A stretch of DNA of 64,000 bases from an uncultured Bdellovibrio sp. (GTDB lineage Bacteria; Bdellovibrionota; Bdellovibrionia; Bdellovibrionales; Bdellovibrionaceae), in assembly GCA_963932905.1 (NCBI GenBank), contig CAWVRN010000001.1:448001-512000 (forward strand), given 5' to 3'. The notes under the pieces are model-generated. The model did not search any database and had not been told where the DNA came from. It saw only the letters and a list, made by a program, of their open reading frames with translations. A program made the position numbers and the translations under genes. Of this stretch, positions 19,163 through 29,694 are shown one piece after another. How positions within the stretch are numbered: the first letter of the stretch is position 1; every line of letters starts with the position of its first letter.

Positions 19163-19915
19163 ATGTTAGAAATTAAAAACCTAAAAGCCGAAGTTGACGG
19201 GAAAGAAATCCTAAAAGGTTTAAATTTAAAAGTGAACGCAGGTGAAGTGCACGCGATCATGGGACCAAATGGTTCTGGTAAAAGTTCACTCTCTAAAGTT
19301 ATCGCGGGTCATCCGTCGTATTCAGTTACGGGTGGTGAAATCCTATACGATATTAATTTTCAGCCGAAAGATATCGCCGACATGGATCCAGACGAACGCG
19401 CTAAAGAAGGTATCTTTTTAGCGTTTCAATATCCAGTCGAAGTTCCTGGTGTGAGCAATTTCAATTTCTTAATGACATCGTTTAATTCGATTCTTGAGCA
19501 CCAAGGGTCGGAGCCACTGACAGAAGCTGAATTCAAAAGTTACCTAGATAAAAAGATGAACATCATATCACTGCGCCCGGACTTCCTTGAGCGCGGAGTA
19601 AATTCAGGTTTTTCTGGAGGCGAGAAAAAGAAGAACGAAATTTTGCAAATGGCAGTATTAGCTCCGCGTCTTTCTATTCTAGATGAAACAGATTCGGGCT
19701 TAGATATCGATGCTTTGAAAGTGGTTTCTGAAGGTGTTAACAAAATTAAATCTAAAAACAACGCGATTGTTTTAATCACGCATTATCAACGTTTATTGGA
19801 TTATATCAAACCAGATTTCATTCACGTGTTATATCAAGGACGCATCGTAAAAACGGGCGGACCAGAATTAGCACTGGAACTTGAGAAAAATGGTTACGAC
19901 GGATTCTTGCAATGA
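19163..19915 (+). CDS. sufC: Fe-S assembly ATPase SufC
   Basis: GPNGSGKS, FQYPVEVPGV, GFSGGEKK, LDETDSGLDIDA and ITHYQRLL. Confidence 0.98.
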   Translation: MLEIKNLKAEVDGKEILKGLNLKVNAGEVHAIMGPNGSGKSSLSKVIAGHPSYSVTGGEILYDINFQPKDIADMDPDERAKEGIFLAFQYPVEVPGVSNFNFLMTSFNSILEHQGSEPLTEAEFKSYLDKKMNIISLRPDFLERGVNSGFSGGEKKKNEILQMAVLAPRLSILDETDSGLDIDALKVVSEGVNKIKSKNNAIVLITHYQRLLDYIKPDFIHVLYQGRIVKTGGPELALELEKNGYDGFLQ

Positions 19916-21201
19916 ATATTATAAATTCGTTTGATTCTTTTTTAATGGAAGCTCAAAAGTTCCCGCACGTCGCAGATTGGAACTCGAAGCAACGTCATAA
20001 GGAAGAATTAGTTAAATCAGGTCTGCCAACTCGCAAACAAGAGTCTTGGAGAAATACATCGCTTAAGTTCCTAAGTGAAAATGATTTCAAGCCAGCGAGT
20101 CATTCACCAACTCAACTGCCTGATGGTGTTCTTGCATTAGCTTCATCGAAAATGATCGATGGCTGCCATACGCTAGTTTTCTTAAATGGATTCTATATGT
20201 CAGGCCTTTCAAGATTTGACGTTAATACTGTTTTTATTAACGAAAATACAAAGAAAGACTCTTCATTTCAAGGTGACGTAGATAGTGTGTCTATTCATCA
20301 CCTAAATGAAATTTACAACTTAAACCCAATTGATATTACAATTAAATCGGATTTAACTCAGCCTCTTCAGATTTTGAACTTAACCCATTTAATGGATGGC
20401 CTGCCATTGGCGATCTCTCCGAAAGTGAATGTGACCGTTAAATCTAACAAAGAGGCAAAAATTGTGCTTTCGCATGTAGGCGAACATCAAGCTCGGTATT
20501 TTACGAATGGTATGTTTACATTTGCCATAGAGAAAGAAGCCCGTGTTGAACTTGTAAACCATATAAATCAAAGTACGAATGCTTATCATTTTGATTTCGT
20601 AGGTATCACTGTGGAAACATCGGCAACTGTTCGGTATTTTGAATTGAATTTGAACGCGCAATTAACTCGTCACGAATTTGTTTTGGAATTAAACGGTGAA
20701 CATATTCAGGCCGAGGTATTAGGCGCATCGTATTTAAAGCAAAATCAGCATTGCGATAGTCAAACTTACATCAATCATCACAAGGGTAGCTGCCATACGG
20801 AACAGGTCTATAAAGCACTTCTGGATGATGAATCACGTAGCGTATTTTCAGGAACTGTTTTCATCGCTGAAGGTATCGCGAAAACAGATTCAGCTCAATT
20901 AAATCAAAACCTATTGTTATCTGATAAAGTTGAGGTAAACAGCAAGCCGATCCTGAGAATATTTTCTGACGACGTAAAAGCGTCTCATGGTTCAACAATG
21001 GGTAAAATTCAAGAAGACGAAATATTCTACCTTCAATCGCGTTCAATCAGCCGTCCCAAAGCGATTGAATTGTTGGGGCAAGGTTTCTTAAACGAAATCG
21101 TTTTAAGAATGGGTTCTGATGTTTTGAAAAGACATTTTTCTAAAGAGTTACTAAATGAATTAGGAATGCAGAGAAAAGCAAAGTTAAAGGTAGTGAAATA
21201 G
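19912..21201 (+). CDS. sufD: Fe-S cluster assembly protein SufD
   Basis: LPTRKQESWRNT, NQNLLLS, KPILRIFSDDVKASHG and FYLQSR. Confidence 0.93.
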   Translation: MNIINSFDSFLMEAQKFPHVADWNSKQRHKEELVKSGLPTRKQESWRNTSLKFLSENDFKPASHSPTQLPDGVLALASSKMIDGCHTLVFLNGFYMSGLSRFDVNTVFINENTKKDSSFQGDVDSVSIHHLNEIYNLNPIDITIKSDLTQPLQILNLTHLMDGLPLAISPKVNVTVKSNKEAKIVLSHVGEHQARYFTNGMFTFAIEKEARVELVNHINQSTNAYHFDFVGITVETSATVRYFELNLNAQLTRHEFVLELNGEHIQAEVLGASYLKQNQHCDSQTYINHHKGSCHTEQVYKALLDDESRSVFSGTVFIAEGIAKTDSAQLNQNLLLSDKVEVNSKPILRIFSDDVKASHGSTMGKIQEDEIFYLQSRSISRPKAIELLGQGFLNEIVLRMGSDVLKRHFSKELLNELGMQRKAKLKVVK

Positions 21202-21205
21202 AATT

Positions 21206-22429
21206 ATGCAGTTAAACGACATTAAACAGATAAAATCATTATTCCCGACCCTTCACCAAAAGGTGAATGGTCATGATTTGGTTTATCTGGACAGTGCTGC
21301 GACGACGATGAAACCAATATCGGTTATTGAACGTATCACTCGCTATTACCAAATGGATAATTCTAACGTACATCGAGGGGCACATTTTCTAAGCCAACGA
21401 GGAACGGATGAGTTTGAAAAAGCCCGACATACGGTAGCCGAGTTTATCAATGCAAAACTGGATTCAGAGGTTATTTTTACACGTGGTACGACAGAGTCGA
21501 TAAATTTGGTTTCTTCTTCGTACGGTCGTCATTTTTTAAAAGAAGGTGACGAAGTTATCCTAACGATCATGGAACATCATGCGAATGTAGTTCCTTGGCA
21601 TGTTCTCAAAACTGAAAAGGGTGTCGTATTAAAATACGTTTACCTAACTGAAGATGGCCAATTAGATCTTGAGCAGCTTAAAAAACTAGTGAGTGCAAAA
21701 ACTAAATTAGTCACCGTCACCGGTTGTTCAAATACGTTAGGTACATTCACCGATCTAAAGGCGATCGTAGCGATCGCAAAGTCAGTTTCTGCTAAAGTTT
21801 TAGTGGATGCGGCTCAATTGGTTTCCCAGCATAAAATTGACGTGCAGGAGTTAGATTGCGATTTTCTGGTATTCTCGGGTCACAAGCTATTCGGTCCAAC
21901 AGGTATTGGTGTGTTGTATGCCAAGCAAGAACTCTTAGAACAAATGCCTCCCTACCAAACTGGTGGATCGATGATTTTAGAGGTAACTGAGCAGGCAACG
22001 ACCTTTCATAGACCGCCATTCAGATTCGAAGCAGGTACTCCGCACATTGAAGGCGTAGTGGGTTTGATGTCGGCGATCCAATTCTTTAACTCCATTGATA
22101 AAACTTGGCTGCGGTCGCATGAAGATAAAATACTAAGCGCGGCAACCAGTGAATTAGAAAAGCTAGGCGATGTGATTGTTTACGGAAGCAAAACAAATAA
22201 GGCTCCGGTTTTATCGTTTAACCTAAAAGGTGTTCATAATTCCGATGTCGCGGCTTTGATGGACCAGCAAGGTGTTGCGGTACGTTCGGGTCATCACTGT
22301 ACTCAACCATTGATGAAGTATTTTAATACAGTGGGAACTGTTCGAGCTTCGTTTTCAATTTATAATGATTTGAATGATGTGGAAAAGTTTGTGGCCAGCG
22401 TGAAGAAGGCAAAGGATCTTTTATTATGA
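21206..22429 (+). CDS. sufS: Cysteine desulfurase, group II
   Basis: YLDSAATT, NVHRG, EHHAN, FSGHK (PLP Lys), FEAGTP and RSGHHCTQP. Confidence 0.96.
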   Translation: MQLNDIKQIKSLFPTLHQKVNGHDLVYLDSAATTMKPISVIERITRYYQMDNSNVHRGAHFLSQRGTDEFEKARHTVAEFINAKLDSEVIFTRGTTESINLVSSSYGRHFLKEGDEVILTIMEHHANVVPWHVLKTEKGVVLKYVYLTEDGQLDLEQLKKLVSAKTKLVTVTGCSNTLGTFTDLKAIVAIAKSVSAKVLVDAAQLVSQHKIDVQELDCDFLVFSGHKLFGPTGIGVLYAKQELLEQMPPYQTGGSMILEVTEQATTFHRPPFRFEAGTPHIEGVVGLMSAIQFFNSIDKTWLRSHEDKILSAATSELEKLGDVIVYGSKTNKAPVLSFNLKGVHNSDVAALMDQQGVAVRSGHHCTQPLMKYFNTVGTVRASFSIYNDLNDVEKFVASVKKAKDLLL

Positions 22430-22989
22430 GTGAAAATTTTGATTTACTTGTACGTATTCAAGAAACACCAAATCCGAATGCGTGGAAATTCGTTTTGAAT
22501 AAAACGGTACTTGATGAAGGCAAAGCGACCTACATCGAGCCTAAGGAAGCAGAAAACAATCTATTAGCGCGTAGTTTGTTTGAAATATCGGGTGTAAAAC
22601 AAGTTCATTTTTTTCAGAATGTTGTGACGATTACTCACACATTTGATTCCGAACCGGATGAAATTCACAAAAATGTGACTTCTGTTCTGCAAACTCGCAT
22701 GCCGGCCCATAATCCTAAGCAAACTAAAGTTGATGAAAAGAAGATGGCCAGAGCTAGTTTACCGCCGGAAGTTCAGAAAATTGAAACTATCTTGGATGAA
22801 ACAATTCGCCCGGGATTGCAAGGTGATGGTGGTGACTTAGCTGTGATCAAATATGAAGATAACAAGCTATACGTTCATTACGAAGGCGCATGCGGTACAT
22901 GTCCAAGTTCAACCTCAGGAACACTGATGGCTATCGAAGGAATTTTGCGTGAACAGTTCAATGAACAGATCGAAGTTATCCCTTTATAA
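22426..22989 (+). CDS. Nfu-type Fe-S carrier (Nfu_N + NifU C-terminal domain)
   Basis: ETPNPNAWKF, IRPGLQGDGGD and GACGTCPSS. Confidence 0.92.
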   Translation: MSENFDLLVRIQETPNPNAWKFVLNKTVLDEGKATYIEPKEAENNLLARSLFEISGVKQVHFFQNVVTITHTFDSEPDEIHKNVTSVLQTRMPAHNPKQTKVDEKKMARASLPPEVQKIETILDETIRPGLQGDGGDLAVIKYEDNKLYVHYEGACGTCPSSTSGTLMAIEGILREQFNEQIEVIPL

Positions 22990-23223
22990 CGAACTATAAT
23001 GGCCGTGAAATGGAACGGCCGTTCTACCGGCCTCATTGCGTATGGTCGGTCCTTGCAAGGAAATCTCCAATGCTTTTGCTTGTCAAAATTTTTGACGTTT
23101 GTGAATTTGTTACCGGAAACATCTATAAAAATACGATAAAAATGCAAAAAAGAAGAACTTATTGCAGAACTAGTTTAGATTAGACAGCGAATCTAAATCT
23201 CTATTTTTAAATAGGAGTTTATC

Positions 23224-23766
23224 ATGTTTACTACAAATAAAACTTTTGCATCGGTTATTGGGTTTTTAATCTTGTCAGTATCTGCGCACGCTTCTAATGT
23301 TTCTATAGCGCAAGCAGGGAAACAGTGTTCAGGTGAAATTGCAATCCCTTCTATTAGTTGCATCAACCCGGACGGCGTTGATGAGGGACAAGAGTTGCAT
23401 GATGTACGTCTCTATGTAATGGAATTTCAAGATTGCAAAAATGGTAATATCAGTTCACTAACAAAAAATATTTCAGGCTTCGTGTTCTCTGAAGAAGCTT
23501 CCGAGGCGACTACTACGGTAGCCTTCAGTGGTCAACGCATTCATTTTGATGATCGTGTTGATGATTTAACAGCTGAGCTACCAAGAACTGCAGTTATACA
23601 AACAGCAAAATCTAAGTTTCTTTTAGATATCACTGGTGAAGAAGTTCCTTTGTATGAAGGAGCCGATATAACTCATGATTACGCGTTCAACGGTACATTC
23701 AAAAAAGTAAACGCCCAAGGTGCTACCTTGAGCGCTGGTCGTATTCTTTGTACAGTAAGCCGCTAG
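23224..23766 (+). CDS. Hypothetical secreted protein
   Basis: AGGAG RBS; signal peptide ending in AHA; four Cys. Confidence 0.7.
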   Translation: MFTTNKTFASVIGFLILSVSAHASNVSIAQAGKQCSGEIAIPSISCINPDGVDEGQELHDVRLYVMEFQDCKNGNISSLTKNISGFVFSEEASEATTTVAFSGQRIHFDDRVDDLTAELPRTAVIQTAKSKFLLDITGEEVPLYEGADITHDYAFNGTFKKVNAQGATLSAGRILCTVSR

Positions 23767-23778
23767 AAACTTTTTAGT

Positions 23779-24384
23779 CTAGCGTTGAATTTTAGGCTCT
23801 TGAGATCTTAGGTCTTGAGGGCTTTCGCTGGAAAATTCTAACTTTTGAATTTTGTCAGCGTTAGAGGCCTCGAATTTTTGTTTCGCAATAAATTCTTGAG
23901 AATCTTCTGGACGACTTGAAATCAAAGCGACGTTGCTAACCGGCGTATCGCCGATGACTGTTCCAGCCGTCAACGTCACTAGTTTTTTTTCATTATTTGA
24001 ATAGCCTTTAACTATTATGGATACTTCGACTGGTTCCTCAGCATAAACGCCTTCCAATTGACCTTCTATATCACCGTCAACAATGGATACGCCTTCTGGT
24101 AATAACCATTGGTATGTCACCACATTATTTGAAGACTTTAATAATGTGATATAGCCCGTGATTTCTGTTTCGTCATTTGGGTTGTCTGCAATGTCTGGTG
24201 CTTCTAATTGAACGTTCACAAAAGACAGTGATTTACCCATTTTCGCATTGAACAACAACGAAGTCAGTGTGGGACTTTGTTTACCAGAGGCCGATGATTG
24301 CATTAAGTAGTCTGCCGATGCATAGCCTAGACCGAACATGGCCGTAAAAACAAAAACGAATTGCAATATACGAGTTTTATACAT
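23779..24384 (-). CDS. Hypothetical exported beta-rich protein, partner of the upstream metallopeptidase
   Basis: Likely ATG at 24384, 2 nt after the upstream stop; signal/TM segment; 'YQWLLPEGV' beta-sandwich-like pattern. Confidence 0.65.
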   Translation of the reverse strand: MYKTRILQFVFVFTAMFGLGYASADYLMQSSASGKQSPTLTSLLFNAKMGKSLSFVNVQLEAPDIADNPNDETEITGYITLLKSSNNVVTYQWLLPEGVSIVDGDIEGQLEGVYAEEPVEVSIIVKGYSNNEKKLVTLTAGTVIGDTPVSNVALISSRPEDSQEFIAKQKFEASNADKIQKLEFSSESPQDLRSQEPKIQR

Positions 24385-24386
24385 TT

Positions 24387-26309
24387 TTAATTTTGTGGAC
24401 ATAAATCCCTCTGTGTTGATCCTGAAATTTTTTGAACTCGATAACGAGCAGTTTCACCTACCGCTGCCGAGCTTTTGCCATATGTATTTGCTTTAACATC
24501 TAGTAAATAGGTGCCAGCAGTCAGCTGACTCAGACCAAAACCTTCACTACCAGATTCAAGTGATCCGTAAGTGCGGGCGCTTTTCTTTACAATGTCTGAA
24601 CTTTGTAAGCCTGATTCTTTTTCCTTGTAGTCGTCAAAGTAAGTATAGCCTTGTTTGTATAAATATAGATCTAGATCGACGTTATTAGATACCGTGCAAC
24701 CTGAATCACCAGGACCACTTGGGTTTGCGGGACCAGTCGGATACGCCGCACACTGGAAGTATGTGATTTGGATCGTTGCATTTGCATCGATATCTTGTTG
24801 AGTTACTTCTAAGCGATAGAAGTCATTTGAGCGTAACTGGTTCGACATTTTGTAAATAGGGCATGTTGAACCATAGCATGTGGTTTTGTCTGCAACAGGG
24901 CTTAGTTCACGAGTCGCACATGAATTCAAAGCTACTTCAGAAAATGTATTATTGTATTCTGCAAATGTTTTTGATTGTTTTTCATTATTTAGAACCGCGG
25001 TCCAATATGTGGTATTGCCTGAATAGGAAGCCGTAATGATTTGATCTAAACGTGACGTTAACAAATGCATCGAGCGAAAAACTTTACTACTAGAATGAAA
25101 TCCATTAACAGAATCTGTAAATACATTCCAGATTTCTTTGAACGGAATCCCTGCCCCATAAGGATAACTTGAAGATGCATTTTGCACGATTTTGAAAAGT
25201 GTACGAGTAATTGATAACTCGCGGAAATTACCTTCACCTGCTAAGGTTGATCTATCATAAAGAGTGCTTGTTCCGTCTTCACTTAATCGGAAGTATACGT
25301 TTTGTGTGCATGTTCCTGTTTCGGCAGAATCATTGCAGAATCCCGCAGTATCTAAATAGGTATTAATACCTTGGGCAGCAGCTTGAAAAAAGTTAGCAAA
25401 ACCTTCACTCCACGCTAAACGTGGATCAATAACAGCGTCACCATTGTGGTATCCACCCGGAGAATCTGTTTTGCCATAAACGTCTTCAAGGAAATGACCA
25501 TATTCGTGTAATACAACGCTTGTGTCAAAGTGATCAGTATCGGCTTGGCTAACGTTGCCGTCCTTGCCACCAAGTATAAATAGTTTTCTTTCACCCGGTT
25601 TATAGAATGATAACAAATTGTTTGGGTAACCAAAATATGCATAAGGATTAAATCCTGCTTTCCAATAGACCGTTACTTTTTCAGCAACGAAATTGGCATC
25701 ATTAGTTTGCGTGCGGATATACTGGTTTGCTTTATAAATAGAGGCCAAAATATGAAAAGCGCCGCCTTCAATTTTAGCACTTTCTGACATGCGGGCTTTT
25801 GCTAACACGGATAAACCACCAATGTCACTGGTAGCAGCGGTAGCGCTTGTTTCGATAGAGTAGGGTTGATTCAAGTTCGTTTCTTCTAAAACGCTTAATT
25901 TAATTTTAGAATTGAAAGCACGCGACAGAACACGCACACGAACTGTACCAGTGTTTTTGCTCACTTGAAGTGAGAAATTACCGTTCTCATCTGTATTGCC
26001 GCATTGAATTTGATCACCATTACCATTTAAAACTTCAATTTCTGCGTAAGGAATTACGGCAGTGGCTGGATTGCCTGATAGTGCGTAAATCGTGCCCTGA
26101 TTTGTAGCTGTTGTGGTGATCGGTCGATATTGGTAGCTAGCGTTTCCTGAAAGAGTCAATGCATCGGCGTAACTGCGAACATCTAGACAATTGGTCGTCT
26201 CGCTAGCTGTTGGTGTAGCTGACGAATCGTCACCACCGCCACCATTCGAACAAGAAATCAGCACAGAAATTGATCCCAGCAATAGTAGATTGAGCATGAA
26301 TTTAGGCAT
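24387..26309 (-). CDS. Lipoprotein, putative zinc metallopeptidase
   Basis: Lipobox VLISC; low-complexity tether; HEYGH at 25494-25508 with downstream AWSEGFANFF; C-terminal DLDLYLY/GTYLLDV (PPC-like). Confidence 0.75.
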   Translation of the reverse strand: MPKFMLNLLLLGSISVLISCSNGGGGDDSSATPTASETTNCLDVRSYADALTLSGNASYQYRPITTTATNQGTIYALSGNPATAVIPYAEIEVLNGNGDQIQCGNTDENGNFSLQVSKNTGTVRVRVLSRAFNSKIKLSVLEETNLNQPYSIETSATAATSDIGGLSVLAKARMSESAKIEGGAFHILASIYKANQYIRTQTNDANFVAEKVTVYWKAGFNPYAYFGYPNNLLSFYKPGERKLFILGGKDGNVSQADTDHFDTSVVLHEYGHFLEDVYGKTDSPGGYHNGDAVIDPRLAWSEGFANFFQAAAQGINTYLDTAGFCNDSAETGTCTQNVYFRLSEDGTSTLYDRSTLAGEGNFRELSITRTLFKIVQNASSSYPYGAGIPFKEIWNVFTDSVNGFHSSSKVFRSMHLLTSRLDQIITASYSGNTTYWTAVLNNEKQSKTFAEYNNTFSEVALNSCATRELSPVADKTTCYGSTCPIYKMSNQLRSNDFYRLEVTQQDIDANATIQITYFQCAAYPTGPANPSGPGDSGCTVSNNVDLDLYLYKQGYTYFDDYKEKESGLQSSDIVKKSARTYGSLESGSEGFGLSQLTAGTYLLDVKANTYGKSSAAVGETARYRVQKISGSTQRDLCPQN

Positions 26310-26315
26310 GTTTTC

Positions 26316-26342
26316 TTATCGGACTATTGACTTAAGACCTAA
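26316..26342 (-). promoter_or_regulatory. Sigma28 (FliA)-like promoter
   Basis: TTAG-N15-TCCGATAA, ending 6 nt before ATG 26309. Confidence 0.55.
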
Positions 26343-26420
26343 GTACTTTGTTTGCTTTATTTTGAGATGATTATTAGGGATTTTGACTTGAGTTTAGATT
26401 TAATAACTACAATATAAGAT

Positions 26421-28076
26421 ATGAATCAAAATCTGTCGAAAAGGTACTCGATTTATCGGGAAATTTTATTAGAAACGAAGAATCGTTCTTTTTTAGGTAT
26501 AGGCATTAATATCCTGTTTTCCTTATTGCTTCTTGTAACTGTGTATAGTCTTTTTGGGTTTCAAGCGAAATTTTTTGCGTTGGTGTCTTTAATTTTACTA
26601 GTGAGTCTAACTCGATGGATTCATTTGGCCAGTTTTGATTTAATAGGCTATCGACTTTGGCATCTGATTTTTAGTGTATTGATCGCATGCACGGGATCTT
26701 TGTGGTCAGCTCTAATTTATCTATCGGTAGATCAATATCATTCGGATATCAAGATTTTGACTTTGATCCATATGATATTTTCCGGAATGATGGCGACCGC
26801 ATCCTATAGTCTAGCTCTTTCAAAACGTGATTATTATCTGTTTGGAACTCAACTGATGCTGGCACCGCTAATGTTTTTTATTCTGAACAATGAGTCAGAA
26901 TTAAATAACGGATTTTTATTTGCAACGCTCATGCTATTTTTTATTCTAATTTCATTAGTTCGTAGAGATTATGCAAACCAGTGGTTTAACGTGCTTAATC
27001 AGAAGAATGAACTTCGCCTAATTATCAATTCCTTTCCTGGCGGAGTTTCACTCATCAAAGACAAAAAATATATCTATGTAAACGAGCTAGTTTCGCAATT
27101 TACGGGAATCCAGCCGAACTTATTCGTTAACGAACCTGTCGGCTTTGCACGCGCCGACGATGCATTTTCGTCGATATACGAACAGTTTGAAAAATCAAAT
27201 TTGAAAAGCGTGATTCAGGAGGTATTTTTAACTATCGGCGGTACCTCTAAGTTATTCTTACTAATTTTGAAACGAATGGAAGAAGATGATTCGATTATCA
27301 TCGCTATCACTCTGGATATTCATGAGCAGCGTCAAAACGAGATAGCACTGCAATCCGCCGCAAAAATGGCGGCCCTCGGAGAAATGTCCAGCAGCTTGGC
27401 TCATGAAATCAATAACCCATTGGCTGTTATTTCGGCGCAAGTAACTCAACTTTCAAGAATTATTGAAAGTACAACATTTCCAGAATCCGAGAAAAGCAAG
27501 TTTGATGTGGGCTTGCAAAGAATCTACAAAACAGTATTTAGAATCTCGGAAATAATTAAGGGATTGCGACAAATTGCCCGGAACGATACGTCAGATCCTA
27601 AACAGATTTCCAAAATACAAGATATCGTCAAAGAAACTATTTCATTATGTGAAACTAAATGTCGCAATTACGGGATCGAAATCAAATATAATATGGACAG
27701 CGAGGGGGCTTGGGTCAGTTGCCATCCGGCTCAGCTGTCCCAAGTAGTTCTGAACTTGTTAAATAACTCCATCTATGCCGTAGAAACATTGCCGGAAAAG
27801 TGGATTGAGATATCTTTAAAAAAATTCCAAGGTAGTTTCACCTTAAAAGTGAAAGATAGCGGAAATGGTATAGATAAAGCCGTTGTCGATAAGATTATGA
27901 CACCGTTTTTTACGACTAAGCCGACGGGGAAAGGTACTGGATTAGGATTAAGCATTTCTAAATCCATTATCGAACAGCATGATGGCGAGTTCTACTATGA
28001 TTCCAGTGAAAGGAACACGTCGTTTGTTATCAATCTTCCGCTGTCATCTGAACCCGATGGTAAAGCTACAGTTTAA
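26421..28076 (+). CDS. Membrane sensor histidine kinase (multi-TM + PAS-like + HisKA/HATPase)
   Basis: About 6 TM helices; LAHEINNPL H-box, NLLNNS, DSGNGI and PFFTTKPTGKGTGLGL. Confidence 0.92.
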   Translation: MNQNLSKRYSIYREILLETKNRSFLGIGINILFSLLLLVTVYSLFGFQAKFFALVSLILLVSLTRWIHLASFDLIGYRLWHLIFSVLIACTGSLWSALIYLSVDQYHSDIKILTLIHMIFSGMMATASYSLALSKRDYYLFGTQLMLAPLMFFILNNESELNNGFLFATLMLFFILISLVRRDYANQWFNVLNQKNELRLIINSFPGGVSLIKDKKYIYVNELVSQFTGIQPNLFVNEPVGFARADDAFSSIYEQFEKSNLKSVIQEVFLTIGGTSKLFLLILKRMEEDDSIIIAITLDIHEQRQNEIALQSAAKMAALGEMSSSLAHEINNPLAVISAQVTQLSRIIESTTFPESEKSKFDVGLQRIYKTVFRISEIIKGLRQIARNDTSDPKQISKIQDIVKETISLCETKCRNYGIEIKYNMDSEGAWVSCHPAQLSQVVLNLLNNSIYAVETLPEKWIEISLKKFQGSFTLKVKDSGNGIDKAVVDKIMTPFFTTKPTGKGTGLGLSISKSIIEQHDGEFYYDSSERNTSFVINLPLSSEPDGKATV

Positions 28077-29694
28077 TTTGATTTTTCAAATATTCGGTAA
28101 TTAAAAATACCGAGACTGAATTGCCACCAAGTGATTCTTTCCCTTGCGAAGTTACCCAAAGGTACTTTCCATCGGGAGAAATCGACAAACCGACCGGATA
28201 AGAATCAACGGGAACGCGACCGAGTACAGATAAGTCGGTTGATTTGGCTATAATAATTTCGCTGCCGTTGTTTGAAGTTAAGAATAGGTAATCAAATTTG
28301 GGATGAACTTTAAAACTGCGAACACCCAAGCCAACGAATTTCTTGTCATATTTAAAATCGGTGCCAGTGATGTCTATTTTTTCACCAACGTGGCCATTAA
28401 ATAAATCAATCATGCTTTTGAAAGGAACTTTCACGATTGTTCCTGAAGAATTGCAGCCAATGAATATGTCTTTGCCGTCTTTAGAAAAATGAATGTCGCG
28501 AGGGCCGGGTTGTAGTCCCATCACTGTGCCCAAGAATTCGAATTTATTCTTTAGATCTTTTTTAAAGATGGAAATTCCGCCACCCTTCATGCGAGTTACA
28601 AACAGGTACTGACTATCGTGGCTGAATGCCAAGCCACGCACGCAAAATCCACAGTCCTTATCACGATTGGCTTTTAAGTTCTTCAAGGACTGCTTTTTTT
28701 CGACAACAAGTAGTTGATGTTCTTTGAATTCTTCCGGTTTACTGGAAGAGATATCATAAACACCGACGGTGTTGTCGCCCCAGTTTGAAATCGCAATCCA
28801 TTTTTGGTCGGGTGACTTTTCAATGTATTTGGAAATAGGTCCCGTTCCCATGATACGAACAATTTTTCGATTTTTAATATCGACAACTGCAACGGCGGAT
28901 GTCAGTTGTCCCAGTTCGTCATAGTTCTTTCGATAGTACGTCGTCCAAAGATATGTATTGTTATGTGTGACGATGCTTTCTACCGGTTTTCCAGTAAAGC
29001 CTTTAGCCATTTTGGTGTCTTGTTTATAGGTAAATGGTGGCTTTTTATCCGCAAGACTTGCTATGGCGTCTTTGTCAAATTGATGCTTAATCACGGCAAC
29101 CTTTTCAGAACCATCACTTTTAAAAAATAATGTTTTTGCGCCTTCCAAAGACTGAACAAAAGCCATGTCGCCGGCATCTGAAAAAGAAACTGATTTCGGC
29201 GAAAATATATCTTGGTCATAGTGATCATTTTTTATTTCAATTTTGTTGTTGTAAGATTGCCAACGATTAATCAGGCTTAATTTCACAGGCGATTCTTCTG
29301 GTAATGATTGGCTAAAAATATCGACATTTTTTCGAAACTGATTTGTTTTTGCACCGCTATTGATGACTCGTAAGTTTTCTTTGGCTGCCGGCATAAATTG
29401 GGGGACTAGTTTGTGGGTTGGATCCAGTTTCAATGTGGTTTCCCAATTGGTGACTACCTTTTGCCATTCGCCCAACTTCCAGTAAGACCAGCCAATTTCG
29501 TAGTGGGCATCCCTGCATTTCGGATCTGCTTTTATTGCTTCGTTGTATAAATCGACCGCCTCTAGTGTGCGATTTCCGGCTTGGGCTGCGTAGCCCCTTT
29601 TTACTTTTTCGTCAGCGACTTTCTCTTCGCATTTTGGAATTTCAGCGGACCATGAAAATAAGGAAAGAAAAAGCAAATTAGCTAGAATGGACAT
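28066..29694 (-). CDS. Exported TPR + beta-propeller (YVTN/YncE-like) protein
   Basis: Signal peptide; TPR helices (YNEAIKADP, AHYEIGWSY); repeated SPD/FSxD propeller blades. Confidence 0.75.
   Translation of the reverse strand: MSILANLLFLSLFSWSAEIPKCEEKVADEKVKRGYAAQAGNRTLEAVDLYNEAIKADPKCRDAHYEIGWSYWKLGEWQKVVTNWETTLKLDPTHKLVPQFMPAAKENLRVINSGAKTNQFRKNVDIFSQSLPEESPVKLSLINRWQSYNNKIEIKNDHYDQDIFSPKSVSFSDAGDMAFVQSLEGAKTLFFKSDGSEKVAVIKHQFDKDAIASLADKKPPFTYKQDTKMAKGFTGKPVESIVTHNNTYLWTTYYRKNYDELGQLTSAVAVVDIKNRKIVRIMGTGPISKYIEKSPDQKWIAISNWGDNTVGVYDISSSKPEEFKEHQLLVVEKKQSLKNLKANRDKDCGFCVRGLAFSHDSQYLFVTRMKGGGISIFKKDLKNKFEFLGTVMGLQPGPRDIHFSKDGKDIFIGCNSSGTIVKVPFKSMIDLFNGHVGEKIDITGTDFKYDKKFVGLGVRSFKVHPKFDYLFLTSNNGSEIIIAKSTDLSVLGRVPVDSYPVGLSISPDGKYLWVTSQGKESLGGNSVSVFLITEYLKNQIKL

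Noticed and set aside
22985..22997. 13-mer TATAACGAACTAT repeated at 41239-41251
   Set aside because: Matches of this length are expected by chance in 64 kb of AT-rich DNA.
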